Assembly: GCA_035288465.1 (NCBI GenBank)
Contig: DATEAH010000005.1
Span: forward strand, 131,636-195,635
DNA: 64,000 bases
Direction: 5' to 3'
Source of the DNA: Patescibacteria group bacterium
GTDB lineage: Bacteria > Patescibacteriota > UBA1384 > DATEAH01
Part shown: positions 9,889 to 19,715 of the stretch, in pieces
Position numbering within the stretch: the stretch's first letter is position 1
Layout of the letters: every line of letters starts with the position of its first letter
The notes under the pieces: generated by a model
What the model was told of the DNA's origin: nothing
Seen by the model: only the letters and a program-made list of their open reading frames with translations
Database searches by the model: none
Position numbers and translations under genes: made by a program

Positions 9889-11022
9889 TTATTTGTGGTA
9901 ATATTTTTCCGCTAAATCAGCTAACTTTGATAAAAGTTGAGCATTGCCTTCAATTTTTTCCACTGAAACATCAGCAACATGGGCGGCTTTTTCTTGGCCT
10001 TTTTCACCGACTATTTCGGATTTGAGAACTAATACTCCGGCAGCTTTTCGTCCAGCTAAAGCAGCAGTTAAGTGCGCTGCCCGCAAGGCTTTGGCATCTT
10101 GGTTACTGTCTCCCATAAAGACTGCCCCATCAAAGCCGCCTGGAGTGCCTTTGAAATATGCTTTACGCTTCGGATCGTCTTCCTGGCGATATAACTGAAT
10201 CAAACTTTTTTCCTTGCCCTGTTCCCCATATGGTGAAATTGATACTCCGCATTGCGGATTTTTAAGATCTGGATTTTTTCCAATCGTTAATTTATACAAA
10301 GGTTTTAATTCATCTGGAATATCGTGTTCATATTTTTGTTGAATAATCCCAATATATTCGTCCCATTTGGCTGGATCAACTTGATTTAAATTGTAGGTTT
10401 GCGTTAATCCCTCAGAAAAATCAGTATTAACCGCTTTTTTCTCAAGAATGACTTTTCCGGATTTAGTTTGAATTTCCGAGGTTAATTCAGGCTGATCTGT
10501 ATCAATTATAGCCTCAGTTTAGGTTAAAAATTCATTTCGAATTCCGCCAAGTAAATTTGTAATTTGTTGTGAATGCGGCTGGAATTGTTCATCAATTATG
10601 CTTTCGCCTTGAGATGGATTATTGGGGTCTGTTTTGTAAACTTCCCAACCGGCAGTCCCAACGATTATTGAACCTGGAACTTCAATTTTAGCTGCACCAT
10701 CAGCCCCGCTCCGACCAGTCATAACCACAATTGGAATTCCTGAATTTTGTAAGCGTACTAATGAGTCTTTGGCTAAAGGATCAACTTTACAGTCGCGCGG
10801 ATCTTGAGCAAATGGTAGCACGGTACCATCTAAGTCTGTCGCAAAGACTAAACTTTGAGCAGTTTTTAATATATGCTCAAATTTATCTAGACTTTCTTCA
10901 ACGGTGAGAGGTCTTTCTAATTCTGGGGTCCGAAATCTTTCTGATTGAGCGACTTTGCTAGTATTTTGTGGGGCTTTAAAATTTTCCGCTCCTTCGGGAG
11001 TATTTGATAACGTTTCGCTCAT
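9889..11022 (-). pseudogene. HAD-family trehalose-6-phosphate phosphatase-like gene with one in-frame TAA (10519-10521)
   Basis: ATDLDGT and MTGRS in the 5' part; FMGDSNQD (HAD motif IV) in the 3' part; same frame, otherwise open across 10300-10518; lies in the otsA operon. Confidence 0.75.
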
Positions 11023-12083
11023 TTTAGCTTTCTATCCAAAACCTGCTTATATACTTTTTCATAATCATTAGTCATTTTTTGAATAGTAAAATTATCTTCA
11101 ACATGCTTTCGGCAAGCTCTTCGATCTATTTGACCAATTTTTTTGACTGCTTCTGCCATCGCATCAATATTTCCAGGCTCAACTAAAAACCCGGTTTTAC
11201 CATCAACAACGGTTTCAGATAATGCCCCGCGATTAAAAGTAACGACCGGCGCCCCACAAGCCATGGCTTCAACCGGCACTAAACCAAAGGGTTCGTCCCA
11301 AAAAATCGGATTTAAAAGACAAATTGCGTATTTTAATAATTTATTTTTTTCCTCAAAATCTGCTTCACCGACATAGCGGATCTGCGTGCCATCAATTAAG
11401 GGTTCTATTTCTTTTTTATAGTATTCAACATCGGCTTTTGATTCTTGATCTAATTTGGCTGCCATAATTAATTTCATTTTTAACTTTTTAGCCACCAAAA
11501 TCGCTTCCTTTGTACCTTTTTCGTAAGTTATTCGTCCCATCCAAAATAAATAGTCTTTGGGCTGATTTTTAAAGGCAAATTGATCAACTTCAACACCATT
11601 ATAAACCGTCGCAATATAATTTAAATCTTTTAAGGCACGTTGAGCATTAGAAATACTCACATATAAACTATCCCTAAATGTCTTGAGCAGTCTGGTTCTT
11701 TCAGGTGGATTTTCGGCGCGATCAATATTACCATGAAGGGTGTGAATAATTGGAACGTTGCTAATTTTGCTGAAAACTGAACTATAATTAACAGCGTGGC
11801 TATGAATAATATCAGCCTTATTTTTAATCGCATATTCAACAGCTTTAGCCACATTTGTTAAACTATCAGCATAGCTTGTCCAGGCAACCCCATCACGATA
11901 TAAGGCGCGCGGATAAACTGAAACTAATTTTGCTTTTGTAATTGAATCTCCAGTTGCAAATAAGGTGACATCGTGACCGCGTTTAACCAATTCTTCGGTT
12001 AAATTTGAAACAACTCTTTCCGCACCACCATATAAAGGTGGGGGAGTTCTTTCGCGCAAACTGGAAATAACGACAATTTTCAT
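11019..12083 (-). CDS. Glycosyltransferase family 4
   Basis: PP..YGGAE, GHDVTLFATGDS, EPFGLVPVEAMACGAPV. Confidence 0.93.
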   Translation of the reverse strand: MKIVVISSLRERTPPPLYGGAERVVSNLTEELVKRGHDVTLFATGDSITKAKLVSVYPRALYRDGVAWTSYADSLTNVAKAVEYAIKNKADIIHSHAVNYSSVFSKISNVPIIHTLHGNIDRAENPPERTRLLKTFRDSLYVSISNAQRALKDLNYIATVYNGVEVDQFAFKNQPKDYLFWMGRITYEKGTKEAILVAKKLKMKLIMAAKLDQESKADVEYYKKEIEPLIDGTQIRYVGEADFEEKNKLLKYAICLLNPIFWDEPFGLVPVEAMACGAPVVTFNRGALSETVVDGKTGFLVEPGNIDAMAEAVKKIGQIDRRACRKHVEDNFTIQKMTNDYEKVYKQVLDRKLK

Positions 12084-12094
12084 TTTCCCTCGTT

Positions 12095-13552
12095 TTATAT
12101 TTTTAACAATTCTTCAAGAAATGTCCCAGCCCATTGAAAAACATTATTTTCCGCCGCAGATCGCTTTAAAATTTGCATACGTTCAATTTTTTGTTTACGG
12201 GGCATTTCTAGGGCTAATTTAATTTTATCGGCGGTTTGTTCAATATTATAAGGGTTAATCATCACCGCCTCAGTGAGACCTTTTGAAGCACCGGCAAATT
12301 TTGAGAGCATCAAAACCCCTTCAGGTCGGCAGCTCGCGACATATTCAAAACTAGCTAAATTCATGCCATCATCTAAAGAATTCACCAGACAAAGGTCGCC
12401 GCTTTTGTAAAAAGAAACAATATCTCGAAAATTAAGTTTTTCCTCAATAAAGTAAATCGGCACCCATGTTCCCTTTTTATATTTCCGATTAATCTTATCA
12501 ATCCGATTATAGACATCTTTTCGAAGCTGACGATATTGCGGGATTTTTTCTCTCGAAGTTGCCCCTAAACCAACATAAACAAATTTTTTCTGATACTTGG
12601 GATATTTTTCCAGGAAACGATCAATGGAATCGAGCCTTTCTAAAATTCCCTTGGTATAATCAATTCTATCCACGCTCACCGCTAAATGTTTGTAAGGACT
12701 CTTGACCACATTTTTAATAAAAGGGCTTATCCTTTCTCTAATTTTTTTAGCGGTTCCGGCAAATAAATTATAATCTGTCCCAATTGGAAAAGAACGGATA
12801 TACGTCCGGCGACCATGATATCTAACGTATGAATCTTCACGGTTAACGCGAGCTTCAAATGATCTTTCAATGCTATTGAGAAAATTATTAATATGATAAT
12901 TTCGGTGAAAACCTAATAAATCATTTCCCAATAAACCTTGAAGAATTTCTCGACCCCAAGGACAGGTTCGAAAAATTTCATAGGTTGGCCAAGGAATGTG
13001 CCAGAATTGGGCAACTTTAATCTTTGGATTTTTTTCTTTTAATAATTTTGGCAACAAAGCAAATTGATAGTCTTGAACCCAAATTAAGGCTTTTTTTGAA
13101 CCAACTTCTTTGAGGATAATTTCGGCAAACTTTTCGTTAACTTTTTTATAAGCTTGCCAATATTTTTCATCAAAAGTCGGCCGTACATAAACAATATGAC
13201 ACAATGGCCAAAGGGTTTGGTTGGAAAAACCAAAATAAAAATCATTAATTTCCTGATTGGTTAACCAAATTCTTTTGAGCTGATACTTGGGATTTTTTGG
13301 CGGCAAACCAACTTTGTCATCAACATCTACCACTTTTTTATCCGTTTCACCATTGCCAATTGCGGCCCATGTCCCACCGGTTGCCTGCATCACCAAATCT
13401 AATGACGCTCCTACGCCACCTGGGGTTCGGCGGGCAAGTATTTTACCATTGCTGACATAATGCTGATACGGTTCTCGAAAGGAAACAACGATTAAATTGT
13501 AATCTTTAAACTGGTCCTTGACTAATCTTTTTAGAGAATTCAGAGTCCACAT
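12095..13552 (-). CDS. otsA: Trehalose-6-phosphate synthase (GT20)
   Basis: GFSNQTLWPLCH, WVQDYQ, FWHIPWP, VDRIDYTKGI, DGMNL, LSKFAGA, INPY. Confidence 0.9.
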   Translation of the reverse strand: MWTLNSLKRLVKDQFKDYNLIVVSFREPYQHYVSNGKILARRTPGGVGASLDLVMQATGGTWAAIGNGETDKKVVDVDDKVGLPPKNPKYQLKRIWLTNQEINDFYFGFSNQTLWPLCHIVYVRPTFDEKYWQAYKKVNEKFAEIILKEVGSKKALIWVQDYQFALLPKLLKEKNPKIKVAQFWHIPWPTYEIFRTCPWGREILQGLLGNDLLGFHRNYHINNFLNSIERSFEARVNREDSYVRYHGRRTYIRSFPIGTDYNLFAGTAKKIRERISPFIKNVVKSPYKHLAVSVDRIDYTKGILERLDSIDRFLEKYPKYQKKFVYVGLGATSREKIPQYRQLRKDVYNRIDKINRKYKKGTWVPIYFIEEKLNFRDIVSFYKSGDLCLVNSLDDGMNLASFEYVASCRPEGVLMLSKFAGASKGLTEAVMINPYNIEQTADKIKLALEMPRKQKIERMQILKRSAAENNVFQWAGTFLEELLKI

Positions 13553-13553
13553 T

Positions 13554-14630
13554 TCAACTCCTTTTTTCCCTCGGAAAATTATTAATTATTTCAAGATATA
13601 CTTTTTCATAATCTGCAACCATCTTAGAAACTGAAAAATTTTCCATGACATGCTGACGGCAAACTTTTCGATCAATCTGGTCAATTTTTTTTAAAGTTTC
13701 AATTGCACCATCAACATCTTTTACTAAAAAACCGGTCTCGCCATCTTTGATTAATTCTGGCATTGAACCACGCTTGGTGGCAATTACAGGCGTACCAGTC
13801 GCCATGGATTCAACCGGCACTAAACCAAAAGGTTCGTCCCACTGAATTAAATTTAATAAAGCTTTGGCATTTCGCAATAATTTATTCTTCTGTTCGTGAT
13901 TTGCTTCGCCAAAATAAATGATTTGCTTATTATCAAAATGCGGCTCAACTTCTTGATGATAATATTCCATATATTCTGGGTTCATTTCGTCAATTTTGCC
14001 AGCCAAGATTAATTTTTGGCCAGTTTTTTTGGCCACTTGAATCGCTTCCCTGGGACCCTTGGATTCTGAAAATCTGCCCATCCAAAATAAATAATCTTCG
14101 GGCTGATCATTAAAATCAAATTTATCAACTTCGATGCCATTATAAACTGTGGCCACATAATTTAGATTAGGAATTTTTCGCTGAGCATTGCTAATGGTGA
14201 CCAAAGGATGCTCTCGATATTTTTCTAAAAAGATTTTTCGATTTGCTTTATCCGGTGTAGTTGGCATTTCAAAATGCATTGTTGAGACAATTGGAGTTTT
14301 TAAATACCGGGCAAAGGGCAAAACAAAATAGTCAACCCGGGTATTAAATTGGACATGAATAATATCAAATTCTTTTTCCATATCTAAAGCCTGGGTTAAA
14401 TTTAATAAAGGATATAAAAATTCATTCCAGCCAATACCCATTTCTCGTAAAGTTTTAGGGACGACCGAAACTAAACGTGCGGAGGTTTTAGAATTGCCAG
14501 AAGCAAAAACTGTCACTTTATGCCCATTTTTAACCAACCCTTCCGCGAGGTTGTAAACGACCAATTCTGTCCCACCATATTTTTCTGGCGGTACTTTTTC
14601 CCAAATAGTTGAAACAATAGCAATTTTCAT
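13554..14630 (-). CDS. Glycosyltransferase family 4 (paralog of 11019-12083)
   Basis: VPPEKYGGTE, EPFGLVPVESMATGTPV; start moved to ATG 14630. Confidence 0.93.
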   Translation of the reverse strand: MKIAIVSTIWEKVPPEKYGGTELVVYNLAEGLVKNGHKVTVFASGNSKTSARLVSVVPKTLREMGIGWNEFLYPLLNLTQALDMEKEFDIIHVQFNTRVDYFVLPFARYLKTPIVSTMHFEMPTTPDKANRKIFLEKYREHPLVTISNAQRKIPNLNYVATVYNGIEVDKFDFNDQPEDYLFWMGRFSESKGPREAIQVAKKTGQKLILAGKIDEMNPEYMEYYHQEVEPHFDNKQIIYFGEANHEQKNKLLRNAKALLNLIQWDEPFGLVPVESMATGTPVIATKRGSMPELIKDGETGFLVKDVDGAIETLKKIDQIDRKVCRQHVMENFSVSKMVADYEKVYLEIINNFPREKRS

Positions 14631-14684
14631 TGCGAGGTTTCCTTCCAAATTTATTAACTATTTTGTTTATGAAATCGAATTTGC

Positions 14685-15650
14685 TTATTTTTTCTTTAAG
14701 AAAAGGGCGCCGCGTTCTGGCGAAACAATATCAATTGGGATGCCGGCGCCTAATTCAAAACCGCCCCAGAAAGACATTCTCGGTGTAATCTCAATATGAA
14801 AATGATAAAAATTATTACCTTCTAAAATATCAGGTGGAGTACTGTGAATATATAGATTATATCCCGGATCACCTAATTTTATATCAATTTTGGCTAAGAC
14901 TTCGTGTAAAATTTTGGCCATGTTTTTTCTTTTAGCATCCCTAATATCTTCAAAATGCGGGATGTGATCTTTTGGAACAATCCAAGTTTCAAACGGAAAT
15001 CTGGGGGCAAAAAAGGCAAAAGCGACAAAATCATCATTTTCTAAAATAATGCGGGCTTTTTGCTTTTTTTCTTCTTGAATAATATCGCAATAAACGCATC
15101 GATGGTGTCGCTGGTGATAATTTTTAGCACCATCCATTTCTTTGGTCAAATTAATAGGAATTACCGAGGAAGCGAAAAGTTGTGAGTGAGGATGAGCGAC
15201 AGTCGCCCCAGATTCTGGACCATGATTATGAATAACCATCACATATTCAATATCTGGATCTTTATAATAATATTTCATACGCTTTTGATAAGCCATTAAA
15301 ACTTCGTCGACTGATCGTGGACTTAATTCGGAAAAGTCACGAAAATGATCTCGAAAAATTAAAACTTCATGAGCGCCAACACTATTGGTCGAAAAATAAA
15401 GGTTTGAAGCTTGAAAAATAATTTTCTTTTCCATAGTAAAAACCGGGTATTTATTGGGAATCACGAGTACATTTTTAGTTGATACTTCGGCAATAACAGT
15501 TTTTCTGGCGGCACTGTCTGGACAAAAAGGACAATCCTGAGTTGGAACCTTTGGGGGTTTAGCGCGAACATAATCTCTTGGTCTTTTCGCACGTTCTGGG
15601 GCAATAATTGAATAATCCCCAGTAATAATATTTTGTCTTAAAACTGGCAT
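14685..15650 (-). CDS. galT: Galactose-1-phosphate uridylyltransferase family (GalT/HIT)
   Basis: APERAKRP, CPFCP, NKYP, HEV, GATVAHPHSQ, C..CDII, GGFELG. Confidence 0.88.
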   Translation of the reverse strand: MPVLRQNIITGDYSIIAPERAKRPRDYVRAKPPKVPTQDCPFCPDSAARKTVIAEVSTKNVLVIPNKYPVFTMEKKIIFQASNLYFSTNSVGAHEVLIFRDHFRDFSELSPRSVDEVLMAYQKRMKYYYKDPDIEYVMVIHNHGPESGATVAHPHSQLFASSVIPINLTKEMDGAKNYHQRHHRCVYCDIIQEEKKQKARIILENDDFVAFAFFAPRFPFETWIVPKDHIPHFEDIRDAKRKNMAKILHEVLAKIDIKLGDPGYNLYIHSTPPDILEGNNFYHFHIEITPRMSFWGGFELGAGIPIDIVSPERGALFLKKK

Positions 15651-15723
15651 CCGTCTCCTTGCTAGGCATTTGGTTTATTTTAATATTTTTTGATATTTTT
15701 TTCAAGCCCTAACATGATAATTT

Positions 15724-16197
15724 TTAGTATTTGCAATTATTATGCCCGCAAATAGCGACTGCTAAGGCGTCAGCCGCGTCATCTGGTTTGGGTAAAAAAT
15801 CTAATTTCAAAATTGCTTTAACCATATTTTGAACTTGGACTTTATCAGCCCGACCATGACCGCAAACCGATAATTTGACTTCAAGCGGAGTAAATTCTAA
15901 AATTTCTTTTTTGGCCTTTGCCGCCGCTAATAAAACGACTCCACGCGCTTGGCCGACTGCCATCGCGGTTTTGGCATTATTGAGAAAAAAAAGCTTTTCC
16001 ACGGCAACTAAATCAGGAGAAGTCTCTTGAATGATTTGGCTAATATCCTGATAAATTTCAATTAATTTTTCCGGCAAGGGAATTTTCGGCTTGGTGGCAA
16101 TCACCCCATAATCTAATAATTTATAACAATGTTTTTCCAGTCTAACTAAACCAAAACCAGTAGTGGTGGTGCCAGGATCAATCCCTAAAATTATCAT
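15724..16197 (-). CDS. ruvC: Crossover junction endodeoxyribonuclease RuvC
   Basis: ILGIDPG, VAVEKLFF, GQARGV, PDDAADALAVA. Confidence 0.96.
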   Translation of the reverse strand: MIILGIDPGTTTTGFGLVRLEKHCYKLLDYGVIATKPKIPLPEKLIEIYQDISQIIQETSPDLVAVEKLFFLNNAKTAMAVGQARGVVLLAAAKAKKEILEFTPLEVKLSVCGHGRADKVQVQNMVKAILKLDFLPKPDDAADALAVAICGHNNCKY

Positions 16198-16245
16198 CTG
16201 ACTCCATTTTATCAAAAAATTAAAATCAAATCTCTTTTTTTAATA

Positions 16246-16992
16246 TTAAGCCTCGGTCTCTTTGATTAAATCATCAGGAATATCAAAATTTGCCGCCACA
16301 GAAACAACTTCATCAATATTATCTAACTCGTCCATTAGTTTTAAAATTTTTTTCGCCGCACTCGCATCTTCTACCTTGACAATATTTTTGGGAATCATGC
16401 TGATTTCTGAATTAATTATTGCGAGATTTTGTTTTTGGAGTTCATTTTTAACTTTTTCTAATTCCTCGGGTTTAGTATAAATTAGGATTTCACTTCCTTC
16501 ATCTGTGACATCATCAGCGCCGGCGTCAATGGCGATCAATTCTATTTCTTCTTTGTCTTCCCGATGGGACCCCTTTGGGACAATCCTTATAATTCCTTTT
16601 TGTTCAAACATCCAACTGACTGAACCTGAACCCGCTAATTTGCCACCGGATTTATCGAGGATGTTTCTAATTTGTGAAGAGGTGCGATTTTTATTATCAG
16701 TGGTAATAGAAATTAAAATTGCCACTTTTTCTGGACCAAAGGCTTCATAAGTGGCATCTTCAAATTTGACATCACCCAGTTCACCGGTGCCGCGTTTAAT
16801 CGCTCGATCAATATTTACTGAGGGCAAATTGGCTTGTTTGGCTTTTTCAATGGCTAAACGGAGCTTGATTTCGGATTTTTCGCGCGCAGCGATAGCAATA
16901 AGATGGGCTAATTTGGTAAAAATTTTACCTTTTTTCTTGTCAGCAATTTCTTTTCTAAATTTTATATTTGACCATTTTGAATGACCCGACAT
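16246..16992 (-). CDS. yebC: YebC/PmpR family protein
   Basis: MSGHSKWSNIK, NIDRAIKRG, TDNKNRT, GSVSWMF. Confidence 0.95.
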   Translation of the reverse strand: MSGHSKWSNIKFRKEIADKKKGKIFTKLAHLIAIAAREKSEIKLRLAIEKAKQANLPSVNIDRAIKRGTGELGDVKFEDATYEAFGPEKVAILISITTDNKNRTSSQIRNILDKSGGKLAGSGSVSWMFEQKGIIRIVPKGSHREDKEEIELIAIDAGADDVTDEGSEILIYTKPEELEKVKNELQKQNLAIINSEISMIPKNIVKVEDASAAKKILKLMDELDNIDEVVSVAANFDIPDDLIKETEA

Positions 16993-17144
16993 CTTCGCTC
17001 CCTTCAGTCGCTCAAAATTAAAGATTAAAAATAAAAGATTCAAGATGAATATAAAAAACGATATGCAATTTTTGAAATTTACTCTTAATTTTTGCCCTTT
17101 GCTCTTTTATTTTACTCTCTTTTGATGAAAAGTCCAGTTTTTAC

Positions 17145-17173
17145 TTGACTTTTTGATTTTGATGTGTTATAAT
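17145..17173 (+). promoter_or_regulatory. Sigma70 promoter of the high-GC islet
   Basis: TTGACT-17 nt-TATAAT with extended -10 TG. Confidence 0.75.
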
Positions 17174-17269
17174 ATAGGCATTCGAGGCTAACTTTAGCTT
17201 CGTTCGTGATATTGTTCGTTAACAAAACCCTTCGGGGTTAAACTTTCCGCCTCTGCGGCGGAGAAGGAG

Positions 17270-18241
17270 GTGTTAACCGTGAGGTTGGCACTTGCAATCG
17301 TCGTGTTGCTCGTTGTTGCTGCGTCAGTCACATTGGCGCAGTCGGCCCCAACCTGCGTGGTCGTCGTTGACCCGCAGGCCGAGTACGGCTACGGCGGTTA
17401 TGGGGGGTACGACGGGAGCTACTATTACAGCTCCCAACTCTCCCAGATCGCCAAGCAGGAACTGGAGGCTGCGCTCAGCGAGCGCGGCTGGCTGGTTCTG
17501 CTCAATGCCTCGGACGTCGGTCCGACCCAGGAGGAGTTGCTTCTTGAGAACTCCGAATGGGGCATCAACGGCAGAAATCGCCAACCTATCGGTGATTTCA
17601 CCGGAGCAACAGAGACATTTCTTGTCTCCGCCTTCACATTTGGCGGCCGCGATTTTGAACTCGCGGCTTGGCTGGATGATGCCTATCCTTCGGTCCGACT
17701 CTCGGACCTACGGGTGAAGGCGATTATCCGGCGTTCGTCAACGCGGACCCGGGAGGTTCCCGCGGTCTATGAGGGCTACGGCTCGAAGCGGATTGTCAAA
17801 GACGTCCGCTTGGGTATCCAGTCCTCGCGGAATTTCTGGGGTGGTCTTGTTCAATTGGCAAGCCAGGCTCTCGAAGCTGGTTTAACTGATTGGCAAGACG
17901 CCGGACGAGCCGCCGCACGAGGCGCCATCGAAAATGCCCTTCGGGGTATTGAAGCGCCACGCCAACTGGCTCCCACAACCAGTTCGTCAGCTTTCACAAG
18001 CGCTGACGCGCAAACGTCAACCCCCCGGTACATTTTCCTAATGCTTTATGGTCAGGAAGTTTCCGAGGGCGACCGCTTCGGCATTTGGCGAGACAATCGT
18101 CAGATCGCCGAGGTTGAGGTCGAGTTTGTCCGCTCAGACAACCGAGCATCCTGTCGAGTACTTCGCAGCTCGGTTCCTGATCTTGGCCGCCCCGGCGACT
18201 CCGCCCGCAGTCTCACCCCGACCATCCCCATAGAGCAGTAG
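17270..18241 (+). CDS. Secreted CsgG/FlgT-like protein, high GC
   Basis: Signal peptide; ELEAALSERGWLVL..EELLLE (CsgG/TolB-N-like); C-terminal EGDRF.I...IAEVEV..V....S.C.V...PGD (FlgT_C-like); AAGGAGGTG RBS, probable start GTG 17279. Confidence 0.6.
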   Translation: MLTVRLALAIVVLLVVAASVTLAQSAPTCVVVVDPQAEYGYGGYGGYDGSYYYSSQLSQIAKQELEAALSERGWLVLLNASDVGPTQEELLLENSEWGINGRNRQPIGDFTGATETFLVSAFTFGGRDFELAAWLDDAYPSVRLSDLRVKAIIRRSSTRTREVPAVYEGYGSKRIVKDVRLGIQSSRNFWGGLVQLASQALEAGLTDWQDAGRAAARGAIENALRGIEAPRQLAPTTSSSAFTSADAQTSTPRYIFLMLYGQEVSEGDRFGIWRDNRQIAEVEVEFVRSDNRASCRVLRSSVPDLGRPGDSARSLTPTIPIEQ

Positions 18242-18274
18242 CTCCACCAATCTCTCCCTAAGGGAGGTGAAACA

Positions 18275-18472
18275 ATGCACTTCGAAACTAGAGTAGTCGT
18301 TGTAGAAACTGAAGGTAGGGGCGTCAGGGCAGCAACCGAACAACTCGCCGTGGATATTGCACTGCTTGGATCCGAAGGCTGGGAGGTCAAAGGACTCAGC
18401 AGCATGCTCCCCGACGAGTACCACGGGTACCATATCTGCGTCCTCCAACGCCCCACCTCTACCAAGTCCTAA
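18275..18472 (+). CDS. DUF4177-like small protein
   Basis: GGAGGTGA RBS; FETRVV...LGSEGWEV...LQRP pattern. Confidence 0.65.
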   Translation: MHFETRVVVVETEGRGVRAATEQLAVDIALLGSEGWEVKGLSSMLPDEYHGYHICVLQRPTSTKS

Positions 18473-18836
18473 CGTCTCGTCGCAAGTGAGTACATCGTGT
18501 GCATCCTCGCCCGACCCATCGAGGCCGGCTAACATTAGCGGTCTCGCTACCTGGAGTTGGATCTGATGATCATAACCTCAAGGTTATGATTTAGCGGCAA
18601 ACCGCTATCTGCCTCCCGGCAGAAAATCAGACCCAGCTCCTTTTCGTTTTCAAAAAATAAATTGAGAATATAGAGCGAGGCGTCTCCTAAGAAAAGTGTC
18701 TCGAGCCAAACCCGAGGGAATTTTTTAAATAAGTTGAAAGTTTATGGTTTGGCGAAAGTCAAGTGATGATCGAGAAAATTTTATCAAACAAGAAAAAATT
18801 ATCGGAGCGTCTTTTCGTGGAGTATGTTGAGCGAAA

Positions 18837-19715
18837 TTATTTGGCGGTTTTAACTTGATAAGTTTGACCGTTAGTATTTATCTCTATGATTCCGTTTTGA
18901 TCTGTTCTCAATATTTTAATATTTGGAATTTGTTTTAATAAATCTAAAGTTTTTTTGGTGGGATGGCCATATCGATTATTTGCACCCACAGAAATTATTG
19001 CCACTTCAGGATTTACTTGACTTAAAAATTCGGTCATAAGAGCGTTTGACGAACCATGATGCGAGACTTTCAAGACTGTACTTTTAACCATTTGATTATG
19101 ACTTAAAAATTCGGTTTGTGCATCTTGTTCTAAATCGCCCATAAAAATCGCGGAAAATTTTGAATCTTCTAATCTTATCACCACCGAACTATTGTTTGGG
19201 TTATTCATAGTTTTGCCTTGTAAATTTTTAATTGGATATAAAATTTTTAGTTTAATTTGGTTTTGTTGAAAAACTATTTGCCCTATTTGAGCTTTTTTTG
19301 TTTGTATTTGTTTATTTTTTATAAGACTTAAAATTTCAGTGTATTCTGGACTGGAATAGGCGACACCGGTTAACCAGATATTTCCTATTTGATATTTATT
19401 AATAACGTCAATCAAGCCAGCTATATGATCTGCGTGCGGATGAGTAATAATTATTGACTCAATTTTTCGGTCATTAAATGGCATATTCTCGCCCAGACAC
19501 GATAAGACAGAATTATCCGGACCACCATCAATTAAAATTTGTTCATTTAATCCAGGTTCAACAATAATTGCATCCCCTTGTCCAACATCACAAAAAACTA
19601 TTTCTAAATTATTTTCCGATTGTTGGTTTTGAAAAACCGACAACCAAATTAAAATTGCAATTCCCACTAAAAACCCAAAAAATGGCGCCATAATTTTATT
19701 AGATATTTTTGGCAT
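18837..19715 (-). CDS. ComEC-associated metallo-beta-lactamase fold protein
   Basis: DVGQGDA, LIDGG, THPHADHIAG, NNSSVV, KVSHHGS, N.YGHP, RTD..G. Confidence 0.93.
   Translation of the reverse strand: MPKISNKIMAPFFGFLVGIAILIWLSVFQNQQSENNLEIVFCDVGQGDAIIVEPGLNEQILIDGGPDNSVLSCLGENMPFNDRKIESIIITHPHADHIAGLIDVINKYQIGNIWLTGVAYSSPEYTEILSLIKNKQIQTKKAQIGQIVFQQNQIKLKILYPIKNLQGKTMNNPNNSSVVIRLEDSKFSAIFMGDLEQDAQTEFLSHNQMVKSTVLKVSHHGSSNALMTEFLSQVNPEVAIISVGANNRYGHPTKKTLDLLKQIPNIKILRTDQNGIIEINTNGQTYQVKTAK

Noticed and set aside
10519-10521. Stop-codon reassignment as the explanation for the in-frame TAA
   Set aside because: TAA terminates most genes here and TGA/TAG also act as stops; standard code fits
17292-18566. 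Many overlapping alternative ORFs in the high-GC islet
   Set aside because: Expected from stop-codon scarcity at high GC; only 17270-18241 and 18275-18472 have an RBS and plausible sequence
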